The position numbers were made by a program, and so were the translations under genes. A stretch of 64,000 nucleotides of DNA from Cenarchaeum sp. (lineage in GTDB: Archaea > Thermoproteota > Nitrososphaeria > Nitrososphaerales > Nitrosopumilaceae). How positions within the stretch are numbered: position 1 is the first letter of the stretch; each line of letters begins with the position of its first letter. The DNA lies in the NCBI GenBank assembly GCA_963692915.1, contig OY843584.1:608001-672000 (forward strand), given 5' to 3'. Of the stretch, positions 46,001 to 54,378 are shown piece after piece. The notes beneath the pieces are model-generated. The model worked only from the letters and a program-made list of their open reading frames with translations, had not been told where the DNA came from and did no database searches.

Positions 46001-48905
46001 TGAAATGTGGCACGTTGAGCCCAAGTGGGTTAACCACAGAGCCAATGCTAATGTTGTGCCTGACAGCCGGTGTGGATCCCGTCGAAGAGAGCGGCGCGTG
46101 CGTGATCGTCATCTCTGTTGCCGTGTTCACAACTAGTGTAGCGATCAAAGCCTGCCCATGGAGTCGGCTCGCAGATTTGGTGCCTAGCACAATTGTCGTT
46201 ACCTGTCTATCCTCGGATGTCATCGAATCACCGTCGTCGTCGTCAGTCACCACCCACTGTCCCACGTTGAGAATATTAGACGGTGCGCCAAAGAACGACA
46301 CAGTCGTGCTCGTCGGCGAGTTCGTCACTGCCGTGAATGGCGGCGCACGAGTCACAACACTCGTGGCCGTCAGGGCGTTGCCGGACGTGTCGGCCAGTCC
46401 GGAGGACGGCAGTGTCACCGTGTACTCATCGTAGCGTAACGCCGGGTCAGTCAACATGAGCTCCAGCGTGCGTGTCGCCGGATTGTACTCGTGCGATCCT
46501 GACAGCGTCACGGTTTCTGTAGGCCCAAGCACGCCAAAGTCGTTTGTCGAAGGCTTTTTGCTCGCCGTGTAGGTGAGGCCCGCTATCGTCTCCGGACTGG
46601 CAAGCTCCTCGCTAAAGGTCACTTTGATCACGCTCGACGTCCCAAATGACGCGCTCGCCGTGGGCCCGATGCCGTCGGTGAGGGGCACAGACGATCCGGT
46701 GCGCAGGACGACGTGTCCCGACGCGTCAACGACCCTGTTGCTGGCCATATCGGATCCCGTGTACAGCAGTGCCGTGCCGGCGCCCAAGTGGGTAAAGTCC
46801 AGCGCCTGCGTGCGCGTGAGCGTGATCGTGTTGGTGATGACAACGCCCGAGTCAAACGTTATGCCGCCGCCAATGGTCCACTCTGAGCCCGTGAGGACAA
46901 TATTGGTGTCGACAGACCTTGAGAGCGTCGCGCTCACCTGCGTTGGCGAGTCGAGTGTCGCCGAGACCAGCGTCATCGGGGTGCCGTCGACGACCGTTTT
47001 TGGCGGCGGTATCATGTCGATGCGATTAACCGGCATCAGTTCATCCAGCGTGAACGGGTCGCTGTCCATCGTGTCGCCGCCCGAGTCGGCCAGGGCCGTC
47101 TGTCCTGCCGGAAGCGTCGCGGGCTCCCTGAACAGGATGCCCGGCAGTGATGTCAACTTCGCGTCCAACATTGACATGTGCCTTAGCGTAAACGCAGTCG
47201 CCGAGTCGAGCTCGACTGTTGGCGAGCGCAGCAGGTCGACTGTGCTGTGCTCGCCGGCCCTGACTGACTGGATCTCCAGTGTAACCGGACCGTCAGACGT
47301 CATGCCCGCGAGGCTCCAGTCAGCGGCGCGCAGCGTCCCGCTCACGGCCTCGTCAAGCCTGACTACTGTCGTGCGGTCGCCCGTCGAGAGCGCCACAGAG
47401 ATCTCGGGGGCAGGCGAGTCAACGAGCGAGACCCCGCCACTCCCGCTGCTGCGGTTTGGCGGCGTGGCTCCATCCCCAAACTGAGTCGCCTCGGGATAGT
47501 ATTCGGCGCTCTTGAGGCGCTGTGGCAGTGTCCCAACCACCTCGTTGGGGTTGGTCGGCGAGACCATGAGATTGGAGCCCCCAACAGAGCCTGCAACAGA
47601 TCCTAATGAGAGGCGTTCGGTGTACACTTTGATAACGGAATCTGGAAGTATAGTGACGGGGGCATTGAATCTGGCGCTCACGGTCGTGCCATCACGGCTA
47701 ACAGATGCGCTAATAGTGCCAATGCCAACCTTGTCGAGTGCGACGATCTCCCACACCCCGGCGCCCAGGTCCGTGCCGCCAAACACTAGACCCCCGGTGG
47801 CCGGTGAGGTGTACCTGATCGTCGGCGTCTCATCAGGACCCAAGACGTCACTAGAGGCAATTCTAAGGTCAAAGTCTAGCCTCCCAGTTAGCGTTTCCGT
47901 GGGGCCTCTAGGAGGTGTAAAGGGATTTCCAAGTTCCGTAACGGGTATCTCCCTTGTAGAATCAGGGAGGTTGATGATGGTGAACTCGGATGCGCGAACC
48001 GTGCTGCCGGTTGCAGCGGACCTGAGAACTACTTTGTAGAAACCTTCGCCGGTCTTTTCCACACGGTCGAACGGCGGCGTGTGCGTCAGTGTGCACACGG
48101 CGCCGCACGGTGAGGGGCCAATTGGGAGATCGGCGTTGCCGGTGAATGTCTGCGCGATGGTGTACACGACACCGGGGATCGCATTGGCGCTTAGCGTGGC
48201 TATGACGGCCCTGGCGCCTTGACGCATAACACTCGACACCTCGATCACGTCGGGCATGGTGTCCGCGTCATGTGGGGTTACCGTGTCATCAGGCGCCGTG
48301 ACCGCAAGGTTGGACGACACGACAGTATCACTGGCGACACTGCCTGAGAACCCCATGCGAATCGTCTTTGAGCCCGTAAACTCTGCAGAGGACAGATTAG
48401 GCGCGTTCAAGACCACATTGGCAGCGTTGCCAGACGAGAGGCCTTGCCATGTTATCGCCCCTGCCCCCGATGAGGGGTTTGTGTTTGGGGTAGTTGCCGT
48501 GTCCGTGGCCACGATGTTAAAGGTGAAGGTGAACGGACCGCTGTCATTGGCGGCTATGACGTGCGTGTGCGACCAGGACCGGTCATTGCCGTCGGCGGTG
48601 TTGACCATGGCCACGCCCGACGGTGACCTCTGCGCGCCAGGGGCCGTTATCGTCGGCGCCGGCGATGTCACGACGTCCTCGTCAAACGTCACGTCCACGG
48701 TAATCCTGTCACCGATGCTCGCCCAGAACGCACGACTTCCCGTGCGATCCACAAAGGTGCCTTCAACATTGTCGGCCACGGTGACTGTGAGGACAGTGAC
48801 CCCCGGAGGCGTCGTGTCTGCCGCCTGGGCCGACGCGCCGCTGACAGAGGCGGCAAGGAAGAGCGACATGATCGCAAACGCCAATGTTGGCACTGCAGCC
48901 CGCAT
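40032..48905 (-). CDS. giant secreted surface protein (2957 aa) with Ig-like repeats, paralog 2
   Basis: Collinear paralog of 30219..39392 with identical signal peptide and near-identical C-terminal domain. Confidence 0.9.
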   Translation of the reverse strand: MRAAVPTLAFAIMSLFLAASVSGASAQAADTTPPGVTVLTVTVADNVEGTFVDRTGSRAFWASIGDRITVDVTFDEDVVTSPAPTITAPGAQRSPSGVAMVNTADGNDRSWSHTHVIAANDSGPFTFTFNIVATDTATTPNTNPSSGAGAITWQGLSSGNAANVVLNAPNLSSAEFTGSKTIRMGFSGSVASDTVVSSNLAVTAPDDTVTPHDADTMPDVIEVSSVMRQGARAVIATLSANAIPGVVYTIAQTFTGNADLPIGPSPCGAVCTLTHTPPFDRVEKTGEGFYKVVLRSAATGSTVRASEFTIINLPDSTREIPVTELGNPFTPPRGPTETLTGRLDFDLRIASSDVLGPDETPTIRYTSPATGGLVFGGTDLGAGVWEIVALDKVGIGTISASVSRDGTTVSARFNAPVTILPDSVIKVYTERLSLGSVAGSVGGSNLMVSPTNPNEVVGTLPQRLKSAEYYPEATQFGDGATPPNRSSGSGGVSLVDSPAPEISVALSTGDRTTVVRLDEAVSGTLRAADWSLAGMTSDGPVTLEIQSVRAGEHSTVDLLRSPTVELDSATAFTLRHMSMLDAKLTSLPGILFREPATLPAGQTALADSGGDTMDSDPFTLDELMPVNRIDMIPPPKTVVDGTPMTLVSATLDSPTQVSATLSRSVDTNIVLTGSEWTIGGGITFDSGVVITNTITLTRTQALDFTHLGAGTALLYTGSDMASNRVVDASGHVVLRTGSSVPLTDGIGPTASASFGTSSVIKVTFSEELASPETIAGLTYTASKKPSTNDFGVLGPTETVTLSGSHEYNPATRTLELMLTDPALRYDEYTVTLPSSGLADTSGNALTATSVVTRAPPFTAVTNSPTSTTVSFFGAPSNILNVGQWVVTDDDDGDSMTSEDRQVTTIVLGTKSASRLHGQALIATLVVNTATEMTITHAPLSSTGSTPAVRHNISIGSVVNPLGLNVPHFTAESVDAVRPTYTAKTVSRTETDVSFSEAVVLPAVGSRAAGWTVGGFGASAAGSQLNGALTLTHPDTGSTAAMPVVAYTVPTGDSAPPGIVDLADKTLNALPAPQATDGTPPAPVASFSADNMITVNFGESMANAGTIAGLAYTVTMPDGSDDGDAPDTVPQATGSPAYDASANTLTITLASNAVNGIEHTVSLPSTGLADAQGNAVTERSVSAANGDAPPAVFTARTLDSDHIAVTFPSRPTGTLDVNDWKVSEDGTDRMVMAVTSAIGIFEDMEVLARSYVLTHVGLASTASTPKVTYSSASGDLYYGSTPVPTGLAVAADTAPPEIRAAVITTPTSLHVTFTEPVTFVENMEGTSNPYVAAIEGTDNDWVVEQEGSISVTPVEIQVLSATRPTPLTYTLSLGSPIVAGTEYVVIPDYDIADMAEPANAVGAVESAMITPANSFTAETQTLTTTKVTFDGSLGGTLDTRNWTVTENDIAGSPDAALGISRVATVATSGSVTATPETTTGAGDAVTPAIPSSPAVTELLITHGPLSSTAATPSVTYVAGTLTDGGNAVLSYSTEASDGAPPELAAGDSLYMRAQENAPNTTGFAKPALLAENVWVIGIFTEPLYVGSTAILTDSASYDPARATITLFPGESSSTTASAAGGLKRSASSDPTRYQYNYSHTVTGTSPEVDVTFTLTVTDAEGNMATYTHDNLTTGATNADGSSIAGAGYRVSIDRTPPTMVTDGDTRTTSVTMLTVKLSENLPRSATVLTTDWAVAEGTTTVTVTSATLNAARDRVNIEYEDADVDTSFAPTVTYMGTGLSDGAGHPLASGSEVIVSDKLVPSIDTVTFPSHRTVHVTFTEDVELPSTTAGWSITPDLGVSSLTQPGSDRFVRMNLGSDATIGDTYMIRVGQVTDKATVPNSLAAGMVVTQEYLEIIPPAAYTATTHRVADSTYVRIVFTSTVTGNIHLNEWFVGTARDGTGGTQATAFSAVCTSGGAPTAVSATPFDITSICQGTDTEPLTFYIGYDAQASDATPHIAYRPASGQTMPVLLASDGTPIAGRTTAIDGLPPLFTAKTVSPRSIEVTFDEDVTAAAGGPDASRWYHYATATTPPALPTATELAAAVTAGTSFGTATLEGRTLTLTLAESTVITSGWGTGDTTITPPALGYDVPASMMSDILDASAAANGLAANTATNNIADDAPLSAYPLTLTVADEASGSFTDRTGANSQHANAGDRITLDVTFSEDIVTSPAPTITVPGTHRTSAPTAMGNDGDTDDRTWSHSFVVDAADDNAPLEFAIRATGANPATDVELTQSHITSGGNAVIDTVPPELLYVVRPPMNDHDSDQRLIFTEPVHGTAMAVSQGPDTAHTFGPVHNNMFTVPADAPTDTIKQFQAVIAGTGTYSLTLTGLTDRADNPLVYTVNREQTTPVRAGSGSTLAVPEFSVPPAGSYTIEAPEGERGGLGESTIIRLTEQRSDTLAGTITVNVDGVTVTLRQSTVVEDFGDVDTDESVVVVRLPPPARDTEYVAAIGADEEETAANEAVTRVLASRPPATLVELGKSGDAAPMTFDRPVAIRLLGAGAAVHAFWLSGPNGLTVNAIPECESRDASEVPGDIGSGAIELNECRVRDGGDLVIWTNHFTRFGATAPGVSGGGGDGCDDCTPPTLGVDSTGTRRVSQGFSYNGEAVDAEYYYTPMPLITVETGVENVAIIKVFEDTGPLNVRHVGLAFGLGRGQHFGESGAEIRVSLPYGNGNATASVGGAVDTIDAETLRASSEIGACMPGSEAECRIVTIHHTFREPLNFDVVSTVVWDERRNSWQNFFNHGVHVTGESLNPSHGIEVNGGALVLYPLIAGNVDADGDGTYDYDTRHVTYMLDGEYRVYRITPAGTYEPLRNLASLHHEIDESMYEEDRATQHGWARGTDSFAELIASERAIAEEHLRAMGVVPAAPAAEPAYVASPEPEDQKEYLERLRAKIAHEINLAELALLEMYPAPPPE

Positions 48906-48929
48906 ACTGCCGCCTTCTCAACACGCGGG

Positions 48930-48991
48930 TATATAACACCATTTGTCGGTTTGCGCCCAAAATGCCCCCCCCCCCCCCCCCATTATACGGC
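48930..48991 (-). promoter_or_regulatory. promoter of giant gene 2: TTATATA box plus upstream G17 tract
   Basis: TTATATA at 48936-48930, 25 nt from the ATG; 17 C on the + strand at 48965-48981. Confidence 0.8.
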
Positions 48992-49313
48992 ATATCCCCG
49001 CCTAGCCGCGCAGCATTCTGCGATCAGCCGGACCTCGGAGATGTGGCAGACACGCACGTGGGCAGGGGCGCCACAAGGCCAGGCGGGAATCACCCATTCC
49101 AGCATAAACCCAGACTCCCACCGGCAGACAAAAGATCCCACGGGCCATAAACCCCCCTCCCATGCCATTGGGCCCATCATCCCCACAGCCCCGACCCCAC
49201 GCGTGGGGTGACTGCCATGAACGGCGAGCCGGCAGAACCCCCACAGGCACGCCAACGGGCCGCTGCCAGGGCGCCCCAACGGTTTTAACACCAAGGAGAG
49301 CGCGCGCGATCGC

Positions 49314-50534
49314 GTGCTAACGATAGACGATCTCGAGCTGCACGGCAGAACGGTCTTCCTGAGGGCAGACATGAACTGCCCAGTAGACGCCGCGACCGGA
49401 GAGATTGCCGGAACGGGCAGGATAGAGGAGACGGCCGAGACGGTCAGGGATTTACAGGGCGCAAAGGTAGTCATTGCGTCACACCAGGGCAGGGTGGGCA
49501 ACTCGGAGTATACCGGAATGGTAGAGCACGCAAAGGTAATGTCGCGCGTCCTGGGACGCAAGATAGAGCACGTGCAGGACGTCATCGGCGAGGCCGCAAG
49601 CAGGGCAATATCATCCATGAGTGACGGCGACGTTCTCCTGCTTGACAACCTGAGGCTGTGCGCCGAGGAGAATTACGAGTTCTCCCCGGAAGAGGCAGCG
49701 GCCACGATAATGGTAAAGAGGCTATCCGGACTATTTGACGCGTGCGTTCTGGACTCGTTTCCTAGCGCGCACAGGGCACACCCTTCGCTAGTCGGAATGC
49801 CAAGGGTACTTCCCGCGTGCGCCGGCAGGCTAGTCGAGCGCGAGGTTCGCCGGCTAGGCGAGATAATGTCTGTCGCAAAGGCGCCGCACGTGCTCGTCCT
49901 CGGCGGAGCAAAGGTTCGCGACAGGCTAGAGGCCATCAGGCTGCTCATCGAGGGCGGGAGGGCCGACCACGTGCTGCTCACCGGCATGGTAGCTAGCGTG
50001 TTCCTGCGCGCGCAGGGAAGGATCGGCCACGAGCTCGGGCTGCATGACGAGCGGGGCCTCGTCTCGACTGCCCACTCGCTCATCGGCGAGCACCCCGGCG
50101 TGTTCATGACGCCTGTTGACGTCGCCCTGGAGGGAACGTCAGGCCGGTCCGTAGTCGACGTGCGCGAGCTGCCCGGAGGCGCGCACGTGCTAGACATTGG
50201 GGAAAAGACCGTCGCGCACTATGCGAGGACGATATCGGGGGCAGGAACCGTCTTTATGTCAGGGCCGGCCGGAATGTTTGAGCGCGAGGGCTTTGAGGCC
50301 GGCACGCGGGGCCTACTGGAGGCAGTCTGCGACTCGATGGCAACGACAGTCGTGAGCGGCGGGCACCTGAGCACGGCGCTGAGGAGGTACGGCCTCTCGG
50401 GCCGCGTTGACCATGTCAGCACCGCCGGCGGCGCGCTGGTCCAGTACATGGCCGGACGGCGCCTTCCGATGATGCGCGCACTAGACGAGGCCGGCGAGCG
50501 CGAGCTGGAGAGGCGCGCCGGCAAGTCAGGCTAG
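49314..50534 (+). CDS. pgk: phosphoglycerate kinase
   Basis: RADMNCP, SHQGR, LLDNLR, AHRAHPS, LGGAKV, GGH, HVSTAGGA. Confidence 0.95.
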   Translation: MLTIDDLELHGRTVFLRADMNCPVDAATGEIAGTGRIEETAETVRDLQGAKVVIASHQGRVGNSEYTGMVEHAKVMSRVLGRKIEHVQDVIGEAASRAISSMSDGDVLLLDNLRLCAEENYEFSPEEAAATIMVKRLSGLFDACVLDSFPSAHRAHPSLVGMPRVLPACAGRLVEREVRRLGEIMSVAKAPHVLVLGGAKVRDRLEAIRLLIEGGRADHVLLTGMVASVFLRAQGRIGHELGLHDERGLVSTAHSLIGEHPGVFMTPVDVALEGTSGRSVVDVRELPGGAHVLDIGEKTVAHYARTISGAGTVFMSGPAGMFEREGFEAGTRGLLEAVCDSMATTVVSGGHLSTALRRYGLSGRVDHVSTAGGALVQYMAGRRLPMMRALDEAGERELERRAGKSG

Positions 50535-50545
50535 GGCGCCCGCTC

Positions 50546-50745
50546 GGCGTTTTGGCAAAAAAAATCACACACTAGGGGACTCTGCTCTTTTGCCATACTG
50601 GCGGCCCGGCGTGTTGGCAAAAAAAAAAATCACACTAGGGAACACTCTGCTCTTTTGCCATACTGCCGGCCAGGCGTTTTGAAAAAAATCACACTAGGGG
50701 GTACTCTATGTGTTCTTGCGCCATACTGTCCGCCAGGCGTTTTGA
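50546..50745. repeat. three-plus tandem ~62-65-bp imperfect repeats with variable A-tracts
   Basis: GGCGTTTTG(GC)A(n)TCACACTAGGG..ACTCT..GCCATACTG starting at 50546, 50608, 50673, partial at 50736. Confidence 0.85.
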
Positions 50746-50831
50746 ATAAAACGCGCACGGGCAGACTATGCAAAAAAAAACGCAAAGGCGGAAACACGGG
50801 GGAGATCATCTGGCGCGCGCAGAAAGGCGCA

Positions 50832-51929
50832 CTAGAGTCGGCGAACAGTCCCAAACATCGTGTCGCGCTGGATTGGCGTGCGCCCAATCTCGCGAACGAG
50901 CGCGCCGAGCTCGTCAACGGAAGAGCCAGTGGACTTGCCGGCGGCCCTGTATATCTCCTCAGAGAACGCGGTCCCGACGAGGTCGTTGCCGCCGTTGGAG
51001 AGGGCGACCTGCGCGAGCTTTTTTCCGTACGCGACCCAATAGACCGAGATGTTGTCTAGCGCGCCGGCGAGCATGAGGCGCGAGGCGGCCATGACGCGCA
51101 GGTCGTATATCGAGGAGCACTCGGCAGTCACGTCCCCGTCGCGGACCAGCTCCGTGTTCTCTAGGCTGAACTTTAGCGGGATGAACGTGATAAACCCACC
51201 AGTCCTCTTTTGGAGCTCGCGCACGCGCAAGAGGTGGTCAACGACATGCTCGGGCCGCTCGACGTGCCCGTATAGCATCGTCACGTTGCTCCTTATGCCC
51301 TGCCTGTGCGCCTCCTCGACTGTGTCAAGCCACTCCTGGCCGCTGCACTTGCCGCGCACGACCCTCTTGCGCACGTCCGGATGGAGTATCTCGGCGCCCC
51401 CGCCGGGAAGCGTGTCAAGGCCGGCGTCCTTTAGCCTCGAGAGAATCTCGCGCACGCTGACTTTTGTGAGGGCCGAGAGGTAGAATATCTCGGCTGCCGT
51501 GAACGCCTTTATATGCATGTCCGGCTGGCTCTTTTTTATCGAGCGCATCATCTCCTCATAGTACTCGAGGGGAAGCTTTGGGTGAAACCCGCCGACAATG
51601 TGGACCTCCGTTGCGCCCATGCCCCGCGCCGCCGAGACGCGCGCAGTTATCTGCTCGGCGCTAAGCGTGTACGCGTCATCATCGCCGGCCTTGCGATAGA
51701 AAGCGCACATTTGGCAGCTCGCAGCGCAGACGTTGGTATAGTTCATGTAGTAGGATGCGGCAAACGTCACGGCATCGCCCACGCTCCGGCGGCGAACCTC
51801 GTCGGCGACGGCGCCGACCATGTGCAGGTTTTCAAGCGAGAAGATCTCCATGCCGTCCTCGGCGTCAAGCTCCTCGCCCGCAAGGGCCCGCTCAAGCGCG
51901 CGTGACTTGCCCACTAGGCTCTCTAGCAC
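50832..51929 (-). CDS. mqnE: aminofutalosine synthase MqnE (CofH-family radical SAM)
   Basis: NYTNVCAASCQMCAF, PGGGAEI, TMLYGHVE, LQKRTGGFITFIPLKF, YWVAYG..AQVAL. Confidence 0.85.
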   Translation of the reverse strand: MLESLVGKSRALERALAGEELDAEDGMEIFSLENLHMVGAVADEVRRRSVGDAVTFAASYYMNYTNVCAASCQMCAFYRKAGDDDAYTLSAEQITARVSAARGMGATEVHIVGGFHPKLPLEYYEEMMRSIKKSQPDMHIKAFTAAEIFYLSALTKVSVREILSRLKDAGLDTLPGGGAEILHPDVRKRVVRGKCSGQEWLDTVEEAHRQGIRSNVTMLYGHVERPEHVVDHLLRVRELQKRTGGFITFIPLKFSLENTELVRDGDVTAECSSIYDLRVMAASRLMLAGALDNISVYWVAYGKKLAQVALSNGGNDLVGTAFSEEIYRAAGKSTGSSVDELGALVREIGRTPIQRDTMFGTVRRL

Positions 51930-52094
51930 AAGGGCGCGCAGCAGGCGGGCAAATATAACGCTTGAGCGCGCCACAGTCCTGCGCCACCTGCGCGCAAATG
52001 TCGGGGAATTCCTGGACCAGTGTGCGCCATGGCGCCGCCAGAGAGCTTAATCGCGCAGGAGACCGCATCAGGCCAGAGTCCACGGCCCATGGCA

Positions 52095-52113
52095 GGCTAT
52101 ATCATATATAGCC
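52095..52113. promoter_or_regulatory. inverted repeat GGCTATAT-CAT-ATATAGCC overlapping TATA box (putative operator)
   Basis: Perfect 8-bp IR about 20 nt upstream of ATG 52134; identical copy at 54587..54605. Confidence 0.6.
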
Positions 52114-52133
52114 GCGCAGCGCAGAATTCGCGC

Positions 52134-52742
52134 ATGACGTCTGCCTATTGGAGAGCGCACGGGGACCCACCAATAGTCGTTGGGACTGCGGCGACGACGA
52201 TATACATGCTAGGCATCATACTGGTCATAGCAAGGGTCACCGGAATCGTCCACGACGTCGGATCGTTTGGCGCCGTCATTGGGACCATGGCGTTGGGGTT
52301 TATGGTCTACATATTTGTAAAGACCACAACGCGCGACAGCAAGGCCGAGCGAGGCAGAGAGTATGAATTGAGGGAGGCTGACAGTGAAAATATCAGTCGA
52401 TTGACACGCATAATCGAGCAGTGTGAGATATCGCTGCTAAAATTAGAGCAGCATAAAGAAACATCCAAGGAAAGATTAATCATGGAGTTACAATATGTGC
52501 GAGATCGGACAGACATTATTTTAACAAATTATGAGAAGTATTTGAGTCCAGAAGGCAGAAAACTAGTTGGAATCATTAAGGACATAATCGACGAGATGAG
52601 GTTTAATGGCCATGCAGGAAATACACGCACGGATGACGCGATTAAAAACATAGTACAATTAAAACAACACGTAATGGATGTGGATGATCAAGAGCTCAAA
52701 AGAAACAGAGAGTCGACCATGCATGGAACGCCAGATCAGTAG
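52134..52742 (+). CDS. two-TM protein with helical C-terminal domain, copy 1
   Basis: MTSAYW start after TATA; paralog of 54626..55234; AT-rich 3' half. Confidence 0.8.
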   Translation: MTSAYWRAHGDPPIVVGTAATTIYMLGIILVIARVTGIVHDVGSFGAVIGTMALGFMVYIFVKTTTRDSKAERGREYELREADSENISRLTRIIEQCEISLLKLEQHKETSKERLIMELQYVRDRTDIILTNYEKYLSPEGRKLVGIIKDIIDEMRFNGHAGNTRTDDAIKNIVQLKQHVMDVDDQELKRNRESTMHGTPDQ

Positions 52743-52767
52743 AGGCAGATTTGTGCCCAACTGGACA

Positions 52768-53313
52768 TTAGCGCATATAGCCCAACTGGAGCATCTCGTC
52801 ATAAACTTGCTCTATCTGTTTTTTTGTGTAGGTTGGTTTTATGAACGCAACATATTTGGGCAATTCTGCCCCAACAATCCTATCGCGAAATTCAACATGA
52901 ATTAGCGTACTTGCAATTTCAAGCCAAGCGAGATCATGCGTATGCGCAAACTGTAAAAATTCGTCTTTGCGAACCCAGTGACCAAGGCGTTTAGAATCCG
53001 CCTCAGATATGTCAGGCAAGAGATAGTAATCACTGGCAAGTTGCGGGGAATACGGTCCATGTTCCAAAAGTCCATGGGAATAGCTAAATCCCAGTTGAAA
53101 CACATTTTTGGCAAAATAGAGATACAGTTGGATTTTGACGCGTTCGTGTTCTGACGCATCTCTGGGGTTTTTGCCACAGTCGATCAATTTATGCTCAAGA
53201 AGGAGCTTGAGGAGCGGAGCCGTGTTTGGATCGGGAATTTGTGGATCACTCAAAATACCCGGCATGTCTTCCGTGGCACGCTCGGATACTGTACCATATG
53301 CAGTGGAAGCCAT
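52768..53313 (-). CDS. Panacea/SocA (DUF4065)/YwgA-like protein, copy 1
   Basis: KIQLYLYF...HGPYSPQL..DY...WLEIASTL. Confidence 0.7.
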   Translation of the reverse strand: MASTAYGTVSERATEDMPGILSDPQIPDPNTAPLLKLLLEHKLIDCGKNPRDASEHERVKIQLYLYFAKNVFQLGFSYSHGLLEHGPYSPQLASDYYLLPDISEADSKRLGHWVRKDEFLQFAHTHDLAWLEIASTLIHVEFRDRIVGAELPKYVAFIKPTYTKKQIEQVYDEMLQLGYMR

Positions 53314-53488
53314 GCTATGGCACCCCACAGACCCAGTCTGCTCCCCGCGTCACCATGACTCGGCATAATGGCCCAAATGATTTAACTGTTTTTGGAATTC
53401 CACGCGCGGGAATCGGGCATTCCTGCCCATTTTGGCCAAACGGGCGCGATCCCGCCGATCCGTTTACCGCAACGACGCCCGCCGGGGG

Positions 53489-53752
53489 CGCCGTGGCCAG
53501 GCTCCACTGCGCCCTGCCGCGAATGTTCGCGTTCTGCACGTCGGCGTCGAGCCCACGAACGGCACCGCCGAGGGGGCGCTGCGGCACGGGGCCGTGCGCC
53601 GCAAGGCAGGCGGCCAGCGAAAGTGGAGCGCCGCCACGGCCGAGCGCATGCCTACCACCCCGGTATGCCTCTTCACGTGGGGATCCACGGGATAGAGCAC
53701 GGCCGGGGAGGTCATGCTGGCGATCCGGGTGCTGACCTCATGATGCACGTAA
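53489..53752 (+). pseudogene. IS66-family transposase C-terminal relic (frameshifted)
   Basis: LHCALPRMFAF [frameshift] LHVGVEPTNGTAEGALRHGAVRRKAGGQ...CLFTW resembles the IS66 VEPTNNxAERALRxxVxxRK motif; GC-rich patch in an AT-rich array. Confidence 0.65.
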
Positions 53753-53793
53753 CTCCAAATCAGTAAAAAGGCAGATTCGTGCCCAACTGCGCA

Positions 53794-54378
53794 TTAGCGC
53801 ATATAGCCCAACTGGAGTAGCTCGTCATAAACTTGCTCTACCTGTTTTTTTGTGTAGGTTGGTTTTGTGGACGCAACGTATTTGGGCAATTCTGGTCCAA
53901 CAATCCTATCGCGGAATTCAACATGAATTAGCGTACTTGCAATTTCAAGCCAAGTGAGATCATGCGTATGCGCAAACTGTAAAAATTCGTCCATGCGAGA
54001 CCAATAGGCAATATACTGGGAATCCGCCTCAGATATGTCAGGTAAAAGACGATAGTCACTGACAAGTCCCGGGGAATGTGCCCCATGTCTAAAAAGCACA
54101 TGATAATAGCTGAATGCCAGATCAAACACATTTTGGGCAAAAAAGACACACAGTTGGATTTTGATGCGGTCGTTTTCTGACGCATCTCTGGGGTTTTTGT
54201 CACAGTCGATCAATTTGTGCTCAAAAAGGAGCTTGAGGAAAGAGGCTGTGTTGGGATCGGGAATTCGTGGATCATTCAAAATACTTGGCATGTCCACCGT
54301 GGCACGCTCAGACACTGCTCGATATGCCGGAGGAACAACGTAGTACCCACAGTCCCAGTATGCCCTCCACGCCATCAT
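53794..54378 (-). CDS. Panacea/SocA/YwgA-like protein, copy 2
   Basis: KIQLCVFF...HGAHSPGL...WLEIASTL. Confidence 0.7.
   Translation of the reverse strand: MMAWRAYWDCGYYVVPPAYRAVSERATVDMPSILNDPRIPDPNTASFLKLLFEHKLIDCDKNPRDASENDRIKIQLCVFFAQNVFDLAFSYYHVLFRHGAHSPGLVSDYRLLPDISEADSQYIAYWSRMDEFLQFAHTHDLTWLEIASTLIHVEFRDRIVGPELPKYVASTKPTYTKKQVEQVYDELLQLGYMR

Noticed and set aside
30219-48905. Diversity-generating retroelement TR/VR pair
   Set aside because: No reverse transcriptase in the window; differences include indels and block replacements and do not look adenine-restricted
30171-48936. Long + strand ORFs (e.g. 36730..38199, 38215..39423, 46573..47484)
   Set aside because: Antisense shadows of the GC-rich giant genes with no recognisable motifs
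50546-50745. CRISPR array
   Set aside because: The whole unit is repeated, so there are no unique spacers; repeat lengths vary and no cas genes are present
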